Of a DNA stretch of 64,000 bases, positions 40,802 to 50,793 are shown one piece after another. Source of the stretch: a virus. Its lineage: Duplodnaviria; Caudoviricetes. Both the position numbers and the translations under genes were made by a program. Under the pieces are notes generated by a model that ran no database searches, was not told the origin of the DNA, and saw nothing but the letters and a program-made list of their open reading frames with translations. Position 1 is the first letter of the stretch. Every line of letters begins with the position of its first letter. The DNA is taken from positions 32,001 to 96,000 of IMG/VR virus record IMGVR_UViG_3300022671_000005. One strand, given 5' to 3'.

Positions 40802-42475
40802 ATGGGTATTTTGTTATTTCGTGGCTCTAAGCCCGACGTCTACCTAAAATCAGATATCTACGATCCTGATGTTCATGGTGTTCCTTCAGAAGCACCAGAA
40901 GGATTAACAGTTCCTGCCATTGGTTCTATAGTTATTGATGGTGATGTTGGAAACCGTATTCTTTGGGTTGTGGATTCTATTGATGAGATAATATTCGAAG
41001 GTGAAACTGTTTTAAAGACTAATCTAGTCCCTGCAGATATTATCGATGATGATGATTCATCTACCAGACTTGTAAGTTATGGTAATGATACTTTAATGCT
41101 TTATTATGATGATAGGTCTACACCTACTCGTTGTATACCAGATAGTAAATTTGTATGCATCGGTGGAAATGCTGCTGAGTACAGATTAGTTAAAACTATT
41201 GATGATGAAGAAGTTGTTATTAGTCTACTCCTAGATGGTGGTGGCACTATCATTAACGATCGTATACCTATTGTAGATTCGAGCATTGCGGGAATCCGCA
41301 TACTTGAAGACTGCTACACAGCTACTGATCTAGACGATGGTGATTTTGTAACTATTCAGATCTTTGATAGCTCTGGTGTAATGACAACTACTGCTAGAAT
41401 GACTTGTAAGAGATCTACTATTTTGAATGACTTAGTAGCTTCTTCCAATCCTATAGTTTCGTTTGATGCTAATGCTAACCAAATTGATGGTGCAAACTTT
41501 GTTGTTTATTTAGGACAAAATCCTGAGGACTTAACAATATGGCCAGAAATTGGATATGCAGATGGTCAGCAAGAGATTATTAACGTGGATGGTGTTAATA
41601 CATTTGTATATGGTCTTGATGATGTAAACTCAGATATAGTTGGATTACAATTTCCAATCTTGATAAAACATTTCTTAGCAGCTGATGTTGCAGCTACCAT
41701 AGCCCTAGGTGAAGGTGCGAGATACATTCAAGTTGAGAAGAATATTTTAATTGTACCTAGAGTTTACTCTGCATTCTCTAAAATTGGTATTGCACCTATA
41801 TATAACTCTGGAACTGGTGAATGGACATTACAATTTCTTGCATATCGTTCAAGTCGTGATCAGTTTACTTTGTTGAATCCAGGTGTGGTAACTTATGATG
41901 GAATTGCATTTGATGGATCACTATTGGGTGTACAACAAGTACTCACTATAAAGGTTCCTTATACAAATGAAAGTGGTAATACTGTCGAGTTTGAACAATC
42001 ATTTGTCATTAAAGTAGATAGTATTGGCGTAGCAGCCCCATTCTTAATTGCAGACGATGCTGTGACTACTTTTGTATATGGCGAAGAATCGGCAACACAT
42101 AAGCATCCTACAATTCAGTATGATTCAGTAGATGAAATTTACTTCATACCTACAAGTAGACATGCTGATGTTGATGCATTCTTGGACGATTTCTATGACA
42201 GAGCAGCTCCTCCGTATCTGCCAGAAACTGAGGTTGAAGCACCCACTCCAACTCATTTCGTGTTTAGGAATTCTACCAATGGGCAAGTAGTTACACCTAC
42301 ACCTATTGAAGTTGCACAATATGATCAAGAGATTACATTGGCCACTGTAGGTACGCCGGATCAATTCTTAGGTGAACCTTTGATTGTTGAATTCTTATAT
42401 TACAATGGATCTTCTTATGAGATCCTATTTGGTATGGGAACATTGCCTGTTGAAGCAGGCACCTATAATAACTAA
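40802..42475 (+). CDS. Virion/baseplate protein (phiKZ gp26-like)
   Basis: Acidic and beta-rich, 557 aa; EAPTPTHF motif; synteny; ggag RBS. Confidence 0.65.
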   Translation: MGILLFRGSKPDVYLKSDIYDPDVHGVPSEAPEGLTVPAIGSIVIDGDVGNRILWVVDSIDEIIFEGETVLKTNLVPADIIDDDDSSTRLVSYGNDTLMLYYDDRSTPTRCIPDSKFVCIGGNAAEYRLVKTIDDEEVVISLLLDGGGTIINDRIPIVDSSIAGIRILEDCYTATDLDDGDFVTIQIFDSSGVMTTTARMTCKRSTILNDLVASSNPIVSFDANANQIDGANFVVYLGQNPEDLTIWPEIGYADGQQEIINVDGVNTFVYGLDDVNSDIVGLQFPILIKHFLAADVAATIALGEGARYIQVEKNILIVPRVYSAFSKIGIAPIYNSGTGEWTLQFLAYRSSRDQFTLLNPGVVTYDGIAFDGSLLGVQQVLTIKVPYTNESGNTVEFEQSFVIKVDSIGVAAPFLIADDAVTTFVYGEESATHKHPTIQYDSVDEIYFIPTSRHADVDAFLDDFYDRAAPPYLPETEVEAPTPTHFVFRNSTNGQVVTPTPIEVAQYDQEITLATVGTPDQFLGEPLIVEFLYYNGSSYEILFGMGTLPVEAGTYNN

Positions 42476-42498
42476 GATTATAGAGACACTGTCTCGTT

Positions 42499-42529
42499 CC
42501 ATCACTGCTAGCTATGCTAGCAGTGATGG
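42499..42529. terminator. Inverted repeat, 14-bp stem
   Basis: ccatcactgctagc-tat-gctagcagtgatgg followed by gtttt. Confidence 0.75.
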
Positions 42530-42697
42530 GTTTTCATTCCAATTGTATTTGATTTATTATTTTTATTATTACTGGTAACTAATAATGTATAATAGATACA
42601 CGCTAGTATCTCTTTTTTGCAGCTACGGTGTATAGTTAAATAGTGGAGCTATTTTATAGTTAATAAAACACTTAACCTCTAAGGAGTCGGATTTGTT

Positions 42698-44041
42698 ATG
42701 AAAATACTTTGTATTACTAAAAGAACTCCAAGAGACCTAATGTGTTTCGACACTACATATTCAGACTACAATACTGTCAAATCTGACATAGATATCAATA
42801 CCGTAATTGATATCATTGTTGTTGATGAAGTAGAAGAAACAGTTTACATTGCCAACCTTTCAAAAATGCTTTTGCAACAACCAGAAGTAATGGCAGCTGC
42901 TGATTACACAGAGCTTGAAAGTGTGTTAGATGAAGGTCTTCTGGTAGCATATAAAACCAAGTCATATATTCCAAAACAGAGATTCACAATAGATTCTGGT
43001 AAACTTAAACTTATTGCCAACACTACTGATATCTTAGGTTTGGATATTGACTTAACCTATTATCACATGAGAGACATGGTCTCTCCAAAGATAGTATCTG
43101 CATCCCATTCAACATTATTAACTGAATCATATGGGACTATTTCCAACCCATCTCTTAGGAATGTTCTATTTCTCAGAAATAGATTGAGAGATCTCATATT
43201 TACTCATAAGAATCAAGTGGGTGAAAAGGCAGTTAATTTTGCAAACACTATACCTTCCATTTCTGGTAAGATACATTACCCCATCGTATTTGAAGATGAG
43301 TTGTATGTCAAAGATGGTACTAAGTCATTGAAGAATGTTCCAGAAGGTGGGATGGGAAATGTGTTAATAGATTTTACACCTGTTGGCGATATAGATATAG
43401 TTAGGTTCCCTGATTGTGAAAAGATCGCACATCCTGCACAAACGATCATTAGAATGCCAGAAGGAAAATCCTTTAAGGATAAGACTGCATTGTTTGTAGT
43501 GGCTGGTAGATTTGTAATGAGTTCAGAATTCAGGATAATGGATGAGAGATCATTTGTATTTAATCCATGGGCGTTTCCTCTTAAGAATATTATCTTATCC
43601 AATAAGGCTATACTGGGTGAGAAAATAGAGGGTACTATGCTCTACCAGGACACCAACCCTGAAGGGACTTTTGAAGTAGAAATGATGGATGATGATAACT
43701 ATGAGAATTTCATTATACTCATTGATAATCCTACTTGTGAATTTTACATGTTGAATATGAAAATGGTTGTTAGGCCTAATGTTCTCAAATTCCCTCCTTT
43801 CACAGGAGGTGTGTTAATTAAGAACATGACTCGTGAGATAATTGATTATTCTCTTGAGTTAGAATCTGATCAAACTATAGTTTATCTTGCTCCAACACAA
43901 CCTTTAAATAGAATGACAAATGAAGTAGAAAACAATATGCACAATATTGCATATCAAACCAGTAATGTTCCCGACTTCAATCATTCTATAAACGACAAGG
44001 ATGATGGTTACACAGTAATTGACATCGTTGCAGAAGGGTAA
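42698..44041 (+). CDS. Hypothetical protein, probably virion (447 aa)
   Basis: aaggag RBS; first gene of the protease operon. Confidence 0.7.
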   Translation: MKILCITKRTPRDLMCFDTTYSDYNTVKSDIDINTVIDIIVVDEVEETVYIANLSKMLLQQPEVMAAADYTELESVLDEGLLVAYKTKSYIPKQRFTIDSGKLKLIANTTDILGLDIDLTYYHMRDMVSPKIVSASHSTLLTESYGTISNPSLRNVLFLRNRLRDLIFTHKNQVGEKAVNFANTIPSISGKIHYPIVFEDELYVKDGTKSLKNVPEGGMGNVLIDFTPVGDIDIVRFPDCEKIAHPAQTIIRMPEGKSFKDKTALFVVAGRFVMSSEFRIMDERSFVFNPWAFPLKNIILSNKAILGEKIEGTMLYQDTNPEGTFEVEMMDDDNYENFIILIDNPTCEFYMLNMKMVVRPNVLKFPPFTGGVLIKNMTREIIDYSLELESDQTIVYLAPTQPLNRMTNEVENNMHNIAYQTSNVPDFNHSINDKDDGYTVIDIVAEG

Positions 44042-44044
44042 ATT

Positions 44045-44722
44045 ATGTCTAATAACAAATATTTTAAGAAAGTAAAGGATAGTTTAATCTTTATAGGAAA
44101 TACACTTGATGTCTATATACCGGTTAGGTATGGGCAACATGGATGCTTAGATATTTCTGAAAGTGTAATTGCATTAGGTATTTTTGATATGACCATAAAT
44201 GGTAATATCGAAAGTGGTATGATGATTCCTGCTAAGATTAAAATGAAACCCAATGATATAAACAGTATGTTGTTGAATGGTGAACGTTATCAGAAGCTAA
44301 CATTTTTGAAAGACGATATCGTTATCCACGATACTCATGTAGTCAAAGATGAACATATAGCTTATGTAATGTTTTATGAGTTTATATTTAGTGGCAAAGC
44401 TCCTAAATTTCTAACTTATGAAAAACTAGGTTTTATATTTGAAAAGGCTGTTGAAGTTACAGGAATTAAGTTCCCAACTAACATGGCTGTATTCGAAATG
44501 ATGATATCTGCATTACATAGAGATCCAGAGGATCTTACTAAGTTCTACAGACTGACCAACATGAAAAAGAAACCTTTGCAAATTCCTATGAGATCAGTTG
44601 CACATGCTGCTACATCAACTACCACTAAGATAGTTGGATCTTATGACAATGAAGGATATGATGCGGCTCTTGTTAATGCTGCTGAAACATCTAGTGAAAT
44701 TGAGAATTTGCTCCGCAATTAA
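44045..44722 (+). CDS. Virion RNA polymerase beta' C-terminal subunit (phiKZ gp176/SPN3US gp244-like)
   Basis: VFEMMISALHR and ATSTTTKIVGSYDNEGYDAALV parallel RpoC HIEVIVRQMLR and [20 protein letters not shown]; adjacent to the prohead protease as in relatives. Confidence 0.7.
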   Translation: MSNNKYFKKVKDSLIFIGNTLDVYIPVRYGQHGCLDISESVIALGIFDMTINGNIESGMMIPAKIKMKPNDINSMLLNGERYQKLTFLKDDIVIHDTHVVKDEHIAYVMFYEFIFSGKAPKFLTYEKLGFIFEKAVEVTGIKFPTNMAVFEMMISALHRDPEDLTKFYRLTNMKKKPLQIPMRSVAHAATSTTTKIVGSYDNEGYDAALVNAAETSSEIENLLRN

Positions 44723-44760
44723 AACAATCAATCTATTAACATAAATAGGATTACTTAAGT

Positions 44761-45606
44761 ATGTCTAATGTAGTTTTTTCAGTACAGACTCTTAGGACAG
44801 ATTCTGGTGGTACACTTAAGTGTGTTAAACCTAATTCTGACGGAGTTTATTGTGACGTACCTGTAGCCGTTGTAGGTATTCCTTCTAGGAATAGAGCAGT
44901 ATACGACATGCAGAGTACATTAGCAGCTATGTCTGATCCTTCAACCAGATTCTACAAGAATCTCTCAGAAGGAAATCTTGAAGGTGAGTGGGGTCATCCA
45001 GAACTATCACCTATCATGACAAAGCAAGATAAAATCAATGCAATTATGAGAACTCTCAAGATCGATAGGTCTATGGTATCTCATTACTTCACCAAGATCA
45101 GAACTGAGCAGTCTAGAGATGGACAATTTGTTATTGTTTATGCTGACGTTGTATGCTTCGGTCCTTATGGTAAATATCTAGAACAATCATTTGCAGATCC
45201 AAAGCGAAATACTTGTTTCTCATTGAGGTCTTTAACAAGTGATCCATCACCACTACCCGATGGCAACACTATCAAGAAGATGAAACTCCTTGTCACATTT
45301 GATGCTGTTGATGGTCCTGGATTTGAGATGGCTGGTAAGCGTTACATGAACATAGATAATGAATCATATGAAATTGAAGACAGTCAACTCATAGAAGCAT
45401 CTGTTAATGAGATAATTCAATTCCCAGACTTTGCCAAAGTAGTTGGATATGAATCTATCACATCACAAGAAATCTTAGACATCTTTGAAGCAGATAAAGT
45501 CTGTATAGAAAGAGAGTTTACGATTGAAGGTGTTTTTGATCCAGATAAGAATACCATTGTAACACCTGATGGACCCAAATCTGTGTTCCACACACTGTTT
45601 AATTAA
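44761..45606 (+). CDS. Prohead (head maturation) protease, phiKZ gp175/T4 gp21 family
   Basis: GEWGHP (His), FSLRS (Ser), TFDAVDGPG (Asp). Confidence 0.9.
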   Translation: MSNVVFSVQTLRTDSGGTLKCVKPNSDGVYCDVPVAVVGIPSRNRAVYDMQSTLAAMSDPSTRFYKNLSEGNLEGEWGHPELSPIMTKQDKINAIMRTLKIDRSMVSHYFTKIRTEQSRDGQFVIVYADVVCFGPYGKYLEQSFADPKRNTCFSLRSLTSDPSPLPDGNTIKKMKLLVTFDAVDGPGFEMAGKRYMNIDNESYEIEDSQLIEASVNEIIQFPDFAKVVGYESITSQEILDIFEADKVCIEREFTIEGVFDPDKNTIVTPDGPKSVFHTLFN

Positions 45607-45620
45607 AGGAGTATATTGTA

Positions 45621-46214
45621 ATGAAAATTCAAACACATATGCTTCCTAGACAATCCATTTTAAACCCTTCTATTAGTCGTACCCCTATGACTGGTGGTGG
45701 GTTTAAATGGACTATTTTGATTGATAACGATATTGTTAGTCCAGAGTATTACACATTGGCTTGTCAGGTACTACTGTCAGCAGAAGAAAGCGATGTTGTA
45801 TACATGCCAATAAACACACATGGTGGTAGTGTAGCATCTGGTCTTGCAATCACTGATGCAATGCAAAGAAGTAAGGCAAAGGTAATAACTGATGTTGTTG
45901 GTTATGCTTATTCTTGTGGTGCCATGATTTGGTCATTTGGTGATGAACTTCGTATGGGGAAATATGCTCGCATCATGTTTCATTCGAGTTCACATATGGC
46001 ATATGGTAAGAGTGCCACTATTGCTGAAGAAGCAGACCATCTAGTTGAAGGTATGAAATATCTAATGGATCGAATTGTTAAACGTGGAGTTCTAACTCAA
46101 GAAGAGAGAGACCGATGTTTTGACAGCAAATTAGATGTATACTTCAATTATAATCAACTTAAAGATAGACTTGAAGGTCTCAAGGATATCCCAAGAGATG
46201 AGGTATATCAATGA
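45621..46214 (+). CDS. clpP: ClpP-like serine protease (S14)
   Basis: INTHGGSV, AYSCGA (Ser), IMFH (His), DVYF (Asp). Confidence 0.88.
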   Translation: MKIQTHMLPRQSILNPSISRTPMTGGGFKWTILIDNDIVSPEYYTLACQVLLSAEESDVVYMPINTHGGSVASGLAITDAMQRSKAKVITDVVGYAYSCGAMIWSFGDELRMGKYARIMFHSSSHMAYGKSATIAEEADHLVEGMKYLMDRIVKRGVLTQEERDRCFDSKLDVYFNYNQLKDRLEGLKDIPRDEVYQ

Positions 46215-47041
46215 AATTCGATATATTAACAGGTTTATCACCTTTAAATAATGTTGTACCTGAGAATGAACCTTCCGTAGAAAATCTACATGGTGAAGGT
46301 GATATCTCTGACCTTATGGTTACATCTATGAATAATCTTGTTTCTGTTGATGATCTTGAAACTGAGGAGAAAGAGGTTTCAACTGAATCTATAGATGTTG
46401 ATATTTCAATAGAATCTTTAAATACTGACGAAACAGCAAATGCTGTTCCTTCCAATAGTGTAAAGAAAGCTCTTCAGAAGTTACAACAGGCTACTGGATT
46501 AAATTTTGACCAACCACAGCCTAAGCCCCCACCATCAATTCATATTGATAAAGGGGTATGCAGAGCTTACTTACAAGGTATGTGTTATTTGACACTTGCT
46601 CCTCTTATACACCTTCTTGCAAACGGTGCTAAGGATGACAAGTTTGTCATTGAAATAGATTTACCATATCTATCTACTTCAGATTGTATTACACTAGCAT
46701 CAACTATTGAACATTGTGAAAGTTATGTTACTGTAGCAGTTAGACGTATCCAATCTACAGAGACCTTTATGTTACTTGAGGTAGCTGACGAAGCTCATAT
46801 TGCACCTAACGTTCATGTTGTTGGTCCTATGACTGGATTTACAATAGGTACTTCTGTTGATATGTCAAATACTACAGAAGCATTCAAAGAGCATGAACAG
46901 TATGTTCAAGAACTTCTTAAAGATAACGGGTTCTTCACCGAAGATCAGCTGGAAGAGATTAATACTAAAGCTAAATCAGTTAGATTCACAACAGAAGAAC
47001 TTCTTTCAAGACTTAAAAAAGAAGAAGTGTCTGAAGATTAA
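46211..47041 (+). CDS. Degenerate ClpP paralogue with acidic N-terminal extension
   Basis: C-terminal ~160 aa is colinear with the adjacent ClpP (GFFTEDQ vs GVLTQEE, SVRF vs DVYF, ELLSRL vs QLKDRL); catalytic His/Asp absent; ATGA overlap. Confidence 0.6.
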   Translation: MKFDILTGLSPLNNVVPENEPSVENLHGEGDISDLMVTSMNNLVSVDDLETEEKEVSTESIDVDISIESLNTDETANAVPSNSVKKALQKLQQATGLNFDQPQPKPPPSIHIDKGVCRAYLQGMCYLTLAPLIHLLANGAKDDKFVIEIDLPYLSTSDCITLASTIEHCESYVTVAVRRIQSTETFMLLEVADEAHIAPNVHVVGPMTGFTIGTSVDMSNTTEAFKEHEQYVQELLKDNGFFTEDQLEEINTKAKSVRFTTEELLSRLKKEEVSED

Positions 47042-47068
47042 TTTCGTTGTTATCACACACATATATAT

Positions 47069-47102
47069 CTACATAGTGGAGGATATATCCTCCACTATGT
47101 AG
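47069..47102. terminator. Perfect 34-bp palindrome
   Basis: ctacatagtggaggata|tatcctccactatgtag followed by gttttt. Confidence 0.75.
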
Positions 47103-47167
47103 GTTTTTACAGTATCTAGATATTTTATAAATATAACGTAATATTTAAAACTTAATGAGAACTACAA

Positions 47168-49285
47168 ATGATATTATACGACAAAGACATATTAGAACAA
47201 AGATGTACTATACATTATGGGACGAGAAATTTATCATTTATTAAAATGTCCTATCTGCTAAGGCAGATGGGAGTTAAAAACAATAAATTCATGTTAGCAC
47301 TTATTGATCCTTCTTTACAAGGCGTCGATCCTCATAGTCCAGATCTTACAGAAGAGCAGATGGCTAGAATTGCTATAGAGTGCAAAATTAATCCGTGGTA
47401 TTTCTTCAGAGAAGTTATACGAGTTGCACAACCTGGTGCAGAACCTGTAATGTATATTTTAAACAGAGCTAATTTGGCTTTGATATGGTTACATTTAAAT
47501 AGTGTCGATACATTCCTTACCATGCCACGACAGATTGGTAAAACCATCGGTGTTCAGGGTTTAATGACATACAAGATATTTATCATGGGTAAGAACATCA
47601 ACGTTGGATTGTTTGCTAAAGATAATGATCTTCGTACGGAAAACGTATCTCGTTTAAAAGAGTTACGAAATGCCCTCCCTAGATACCTTTTTAAGGTTGG
47701 TCCTAAGTATAATACAGACAACCAAGAAGGATTGGTCTACAAACCTTTTAAGACCAAATATATCACATTTGTTTCTCAAAAAGATAAACGTAGTGCTGCT
47801 GGTCAAGGTCGTGGTCAAACCTTCACAGATGAGCATTGGGATGAGTTTGGTTATTATACTAACAACCATCTGTCATACCCGTCAGCTAAAGCCGCAACTG
47901 ATACAGCTCAACCTCTAGCTAGGGAAAGTGGGATACCTTGCGCTAATATCATGACTACAACTGCTGCTATGTTGGAAGACCCTGCTGGTATGTATGCACA
48001 TGGTATTAAATGTGATGCCTTGAGATTCTCAGAATTACTTTACGACTGTAAGGATAATGATGAACTTAAAAGATTAGTGGACTCTGGTTCTGATGGTGGA
48101 ATGGTCTATATTGAGTTTAGTTATAAACAACTAGGTAAAGATGATGCGTGGTTGAAAAGAGTGTCTCGCGGTAAAACTCAAGATGAAATAGATAGGGATT
48201 ATCTTAACATCTGGACACATGGTTCAGCTGGTTCTCTCATCAATACTGAAGTTCTTAAGAGACTTAAGTTGAGCGCTATAGAACCCCTATATACTGAGAT
48301 TAAAGAAGACTTAATAGTTCGTTGGTATGTTGATAGTAAAACAAGGAAATCTCAAGAGTTTATATCTAAACCTTATATCTTGGCATCAGATACTGCTGAC
48401 AATGTTGGTAGAGATGCAACATCATTGGTTATGATAGATCCTGCTACTATGGAAGTACTAATGGTTTGCAAGAGTAATCAGAGTAGTTTGGCACATGTTG
48501 TTCTAGTTGTTGTAGATCTGTTAAGAACTTTTAATAGAACTATCTTTATTCCAGAAAGAAATAAAGGTGGAGCATTCTTGGTTGACATGGTCCTACATGC
48601 CCTTAAAGATGATAGATCATTTAACCCGTGGTCTAGGATATATAATACACATCATCAAGACTATAGTAGTAAGTCTCCCGACTGTAGAAGACTAGATCTC
48701 AATTCTGGTAGTATTAGAAAGATGTTTGGATTCACAACTACTGCTTCTGAAACATCTAGAAAGCTTTTATATCAATCCATATTTACAACTGTTGTTAATA
48801 GAAATGTCGATAGGATACATGACAGTACTTTGATAGATGAGATAAGTGGTATTACTGTAGATCCTAAGGGTAGAATAGATCACACCTCAGACTCACATGA
48901 TGATGTATTGATAGCCTACCTTATTGGTTGTTGGTTTATCATGTATGGTAGAAACCATCATATGTATGGAATAAGAGAGAATGAAATACTTCAAGACTTC
49001 TCTGTAGACAGTGCTGATGTCGATCCTGTCACTAGGGAAAGAAATGCATCTGCTAAAAAGAGAATGAAATATCTTGAAGAGATGCTCTCTACTTCAGACA
49101 TATCAGATATGATCAGAAGAGCGTTTGAGAAAGAATTGAATTATCTTAAACGAATACTACCTTCTAAGGGTAGTGGTGATGATATCATAAGTCTTAAGCA
49201 AGTCAAAGAAGAAAGTGATAGACTTAAAGTTGAAGTCGTTAAGAACCAAGACTTTACTTCTTCATTGCAACACATAAGGTTTTAA
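47168..49285 (+). CDS. terL: Terminase large subunit (phiKZ gp25-like)
   Basis: ECKINPWYFFRE, Walker A PRQIGKT, Walker B HWDE, nuclease ASDTADNVGRD and HDDVLIA. Confidence 0.92.
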   Translation: MILYDKDILEQRCTIHYGTRNLSFIKMSYLLRQMGVKNNKFMLALIDPSLQGVDPHSPDLTEEQMARIAIECKINPWYFFREVIRVAQPGAEPVMYILNRANLALIWLHLNSVDTFLTMPRQIGKTIGVQGLMTYKIFIMGKNINVGLFAKDNDLRTENVSRLKELRNALPRYLFKVGPKYNTDNQEGLVYKPFKTKYITFVSQKDKRSAAGQGRGQTFTDEHWDEFGYYTNNHLSYPSAKAATDTAQPLARESGIPCANIMTTTAAMLEDPAGMYAHGIKCDALRFSELLYDCKDNDELKRLVDSGSDGGMVYIEFSYKQLGKDDAWLKRVSRGKTQDEIDRDYLNIWTHGSAGSLINTEVLKRLKLSAIEPLYTEIKEDLIVRWYVDSKTRKSQEFISKPYILASDTADNVGRDATSLVMIDPATMEVLMVCKSNQSSLAHVVLVVVDLLRTFNRTIFIPERNKGGAFLVDMVLHALKDDRSFNPWSRIYNTHHQDYSSKSPDCRRLDLNSGSIRKMFGFTTTASETSRKLLYQSIFTTVVNRNVDRIHDSTLIDEISGITVDPKGRIDHTSDSHDDVLIAYLIGCWFIMYGRNHHMYGIRENEILQDFSVDSADVDPVTRERNASAKKRMKYLEEMLSTSDISDMIRRAFEKELNYLKRILPSKGSGDDIISLKQVKEESDRLKVEVVKNQDFTSSLQHIRF

Positions 49286-49287
49286 AC

Positions 49288-50538
49288 ATGGATAGAACAC
49301 TTAAAGAGATTCTGTTAGAAAGATATAAGTTGGATATCACTAGGAATCATTACCTTAGGATTAAAAAACATCTTATCTCATGGGAACTTAGAGATCAACA
49401 TCCTGAAGCTTTGAATACTCCCATGTTGGGAATTACAAAGATTCATTTTCTGACAAAAGACACAATGGCTTTATTTGATATCTTTGATATTGAGAAGTCT
49501 GCTTTTGAAGCAACGTTTAGAGCTGCTAAAACTATTGATACTTCTAGAAGAGTTATAAGTGATGCGTACAATATGCTTACAGTATGGGCTGCTTATATGG
49601 TCGAACAATCAAGTTTGCCAAAAGCACAAAAAGAAGAGATGCAGTACAATCTCTTTAAACTCATGCAGTATCGCATTTTTACCTCTATAGTAAATTACAA
49701 CTTCCCACATAGAGCACAGGAAGATGTAATGGAGTATACTATCAATGAACTCTCTAACAAATTCGATATCAAACGCAATGAGACTTCTACTTGGAAACTT
49801 GTTATTGAAGCACGTAGCAAAGATATTGTTGGAAGAGACAGTATACATCATAGGACACTTAGATCGTTTGCACCTGATGACAAAGTCCTTTATGTTATAA
49901 CAGACGTTCATACTAGAATATGGGTTAAGCTAACCACCATAATCCAGAAGTTCTATAAGAATAAAGAAGCTGGTAACAGAATGGGTTCTTATGGTATAGT
50001 TGGTGAAATAGATGGTGAGAAAGTTGTTAAGAATCTGGTTGCTTCTTACGATCAGATGATAGAAGGAATATCTAATGATGTTCTATCTACCAACAAATTT
50101 ATTGATCACACATCTATTGATATTGCAGTTAAAATTACTGGCAATATACGAGCAGATATGTTTAGATCACTACTTATCAAATTTTCTGATATGGCAATCG
50201 ATCAACATAGAAAAAAGAATCAGGACCTGATTGAAGGTGTTGATGAACACAAATTGTTGATTGGTTACAGGATTCTGATATCCAACATAATTCAAAAGAC
50301 TTATCGTGAATGTATATTCGACAAGACTGTCAATATGAAATCGAAGCTTGAGATACTATCTAAATCTAGAAATATCTATAGAAGTTCTAGAATAACTAAT
50401 AAAGATATTCTTATTATTAAGAATAGTGTTTCTGATTTTGTAGATAAGTATTCTAATTCTAATAGAGAAAGTACTAATGCTAGTTTGCGCATTGCTTTCA
50501 TAAGTTATATTATCATATTAAGCTTTAAACACGTTTAA
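49288..50538 (+). CDS. Conserved phiKZ-like virion protein (gp32-like)
   Basis: VISDAYN, LSNKFDIK..W, YVITDVHTRI; 416 aa. Confidence 0.6.
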   Translation: MDRTLKEILLERYKLDITRNHYLRIKKHLISWELRDQHPEALNTPMLGITKIHFLTKDTMALFDIFDIEKSAFEATFRAAKTIDTSRRVISDAYNMLTVWAAYMVEQSSLPKAQKEEMQYNLFKLMQYRIFTSIVNYNFPHRAQEDVMEYTINELSNKFDIKRNETSTWKLVIEARSKDIVGRDSIHHRTLRSFAPDDKVLYVITDVHTRIWVKLTTIIQKFYKNKEAGNRMGSYGIVGEIDGEKVVKNLVASYDQMIEGISNDVLSTNKFIDHTSIDIAVKITGNIRADMFRSLLIKFSDMAIDQHRKKNQDLIEGVDEHKLLIGYRILISNIIQKTYRECIFDKTVNMKSKLEILSKSRNIYRSSRITNKDILIIKNSVSDFVDKYSNSNRESTNASLRIAFISYIIILSFKHV

Positions 50539-50556
50539 TCACACGTTGATAAAATC

Positions 50557-50590
50557 AGTACACATGCAGTCATTTGACTGCATGTGTACT
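50557..50590. terminator. Inverted repeat, 16-bp stem
   Basis: agtacacatgcagtca-tt-tgactgcatgtgtact. Confidence 0.75.
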
Positions 50591-50727
50591 ATTCTCATAT
50601 CACCCTTATTTTAGGGATGTGATACCTTGGTCTGCTTATATGTATTTGTATACATTAGATAAGGTTAAACATAAGCTATAGATAGCTTTTTGTATAAAGA
50701 TTTTAATGAAAAAGTAAAAAGAGAAAT

Positions 50728-50765
50728 ATATACTCTAGGAGCACCTAGGTGCTCCTAGAGTATAT
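50728..50765. terminator. Perfect 38-bp palindrome
   Basis: atatactctaggagcacct|aggtgctcctagagtatat. Confidence 0.75.
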
Positions 50766-50793
50766 TAAAATATTTAGATATCTCTAACTAAAA

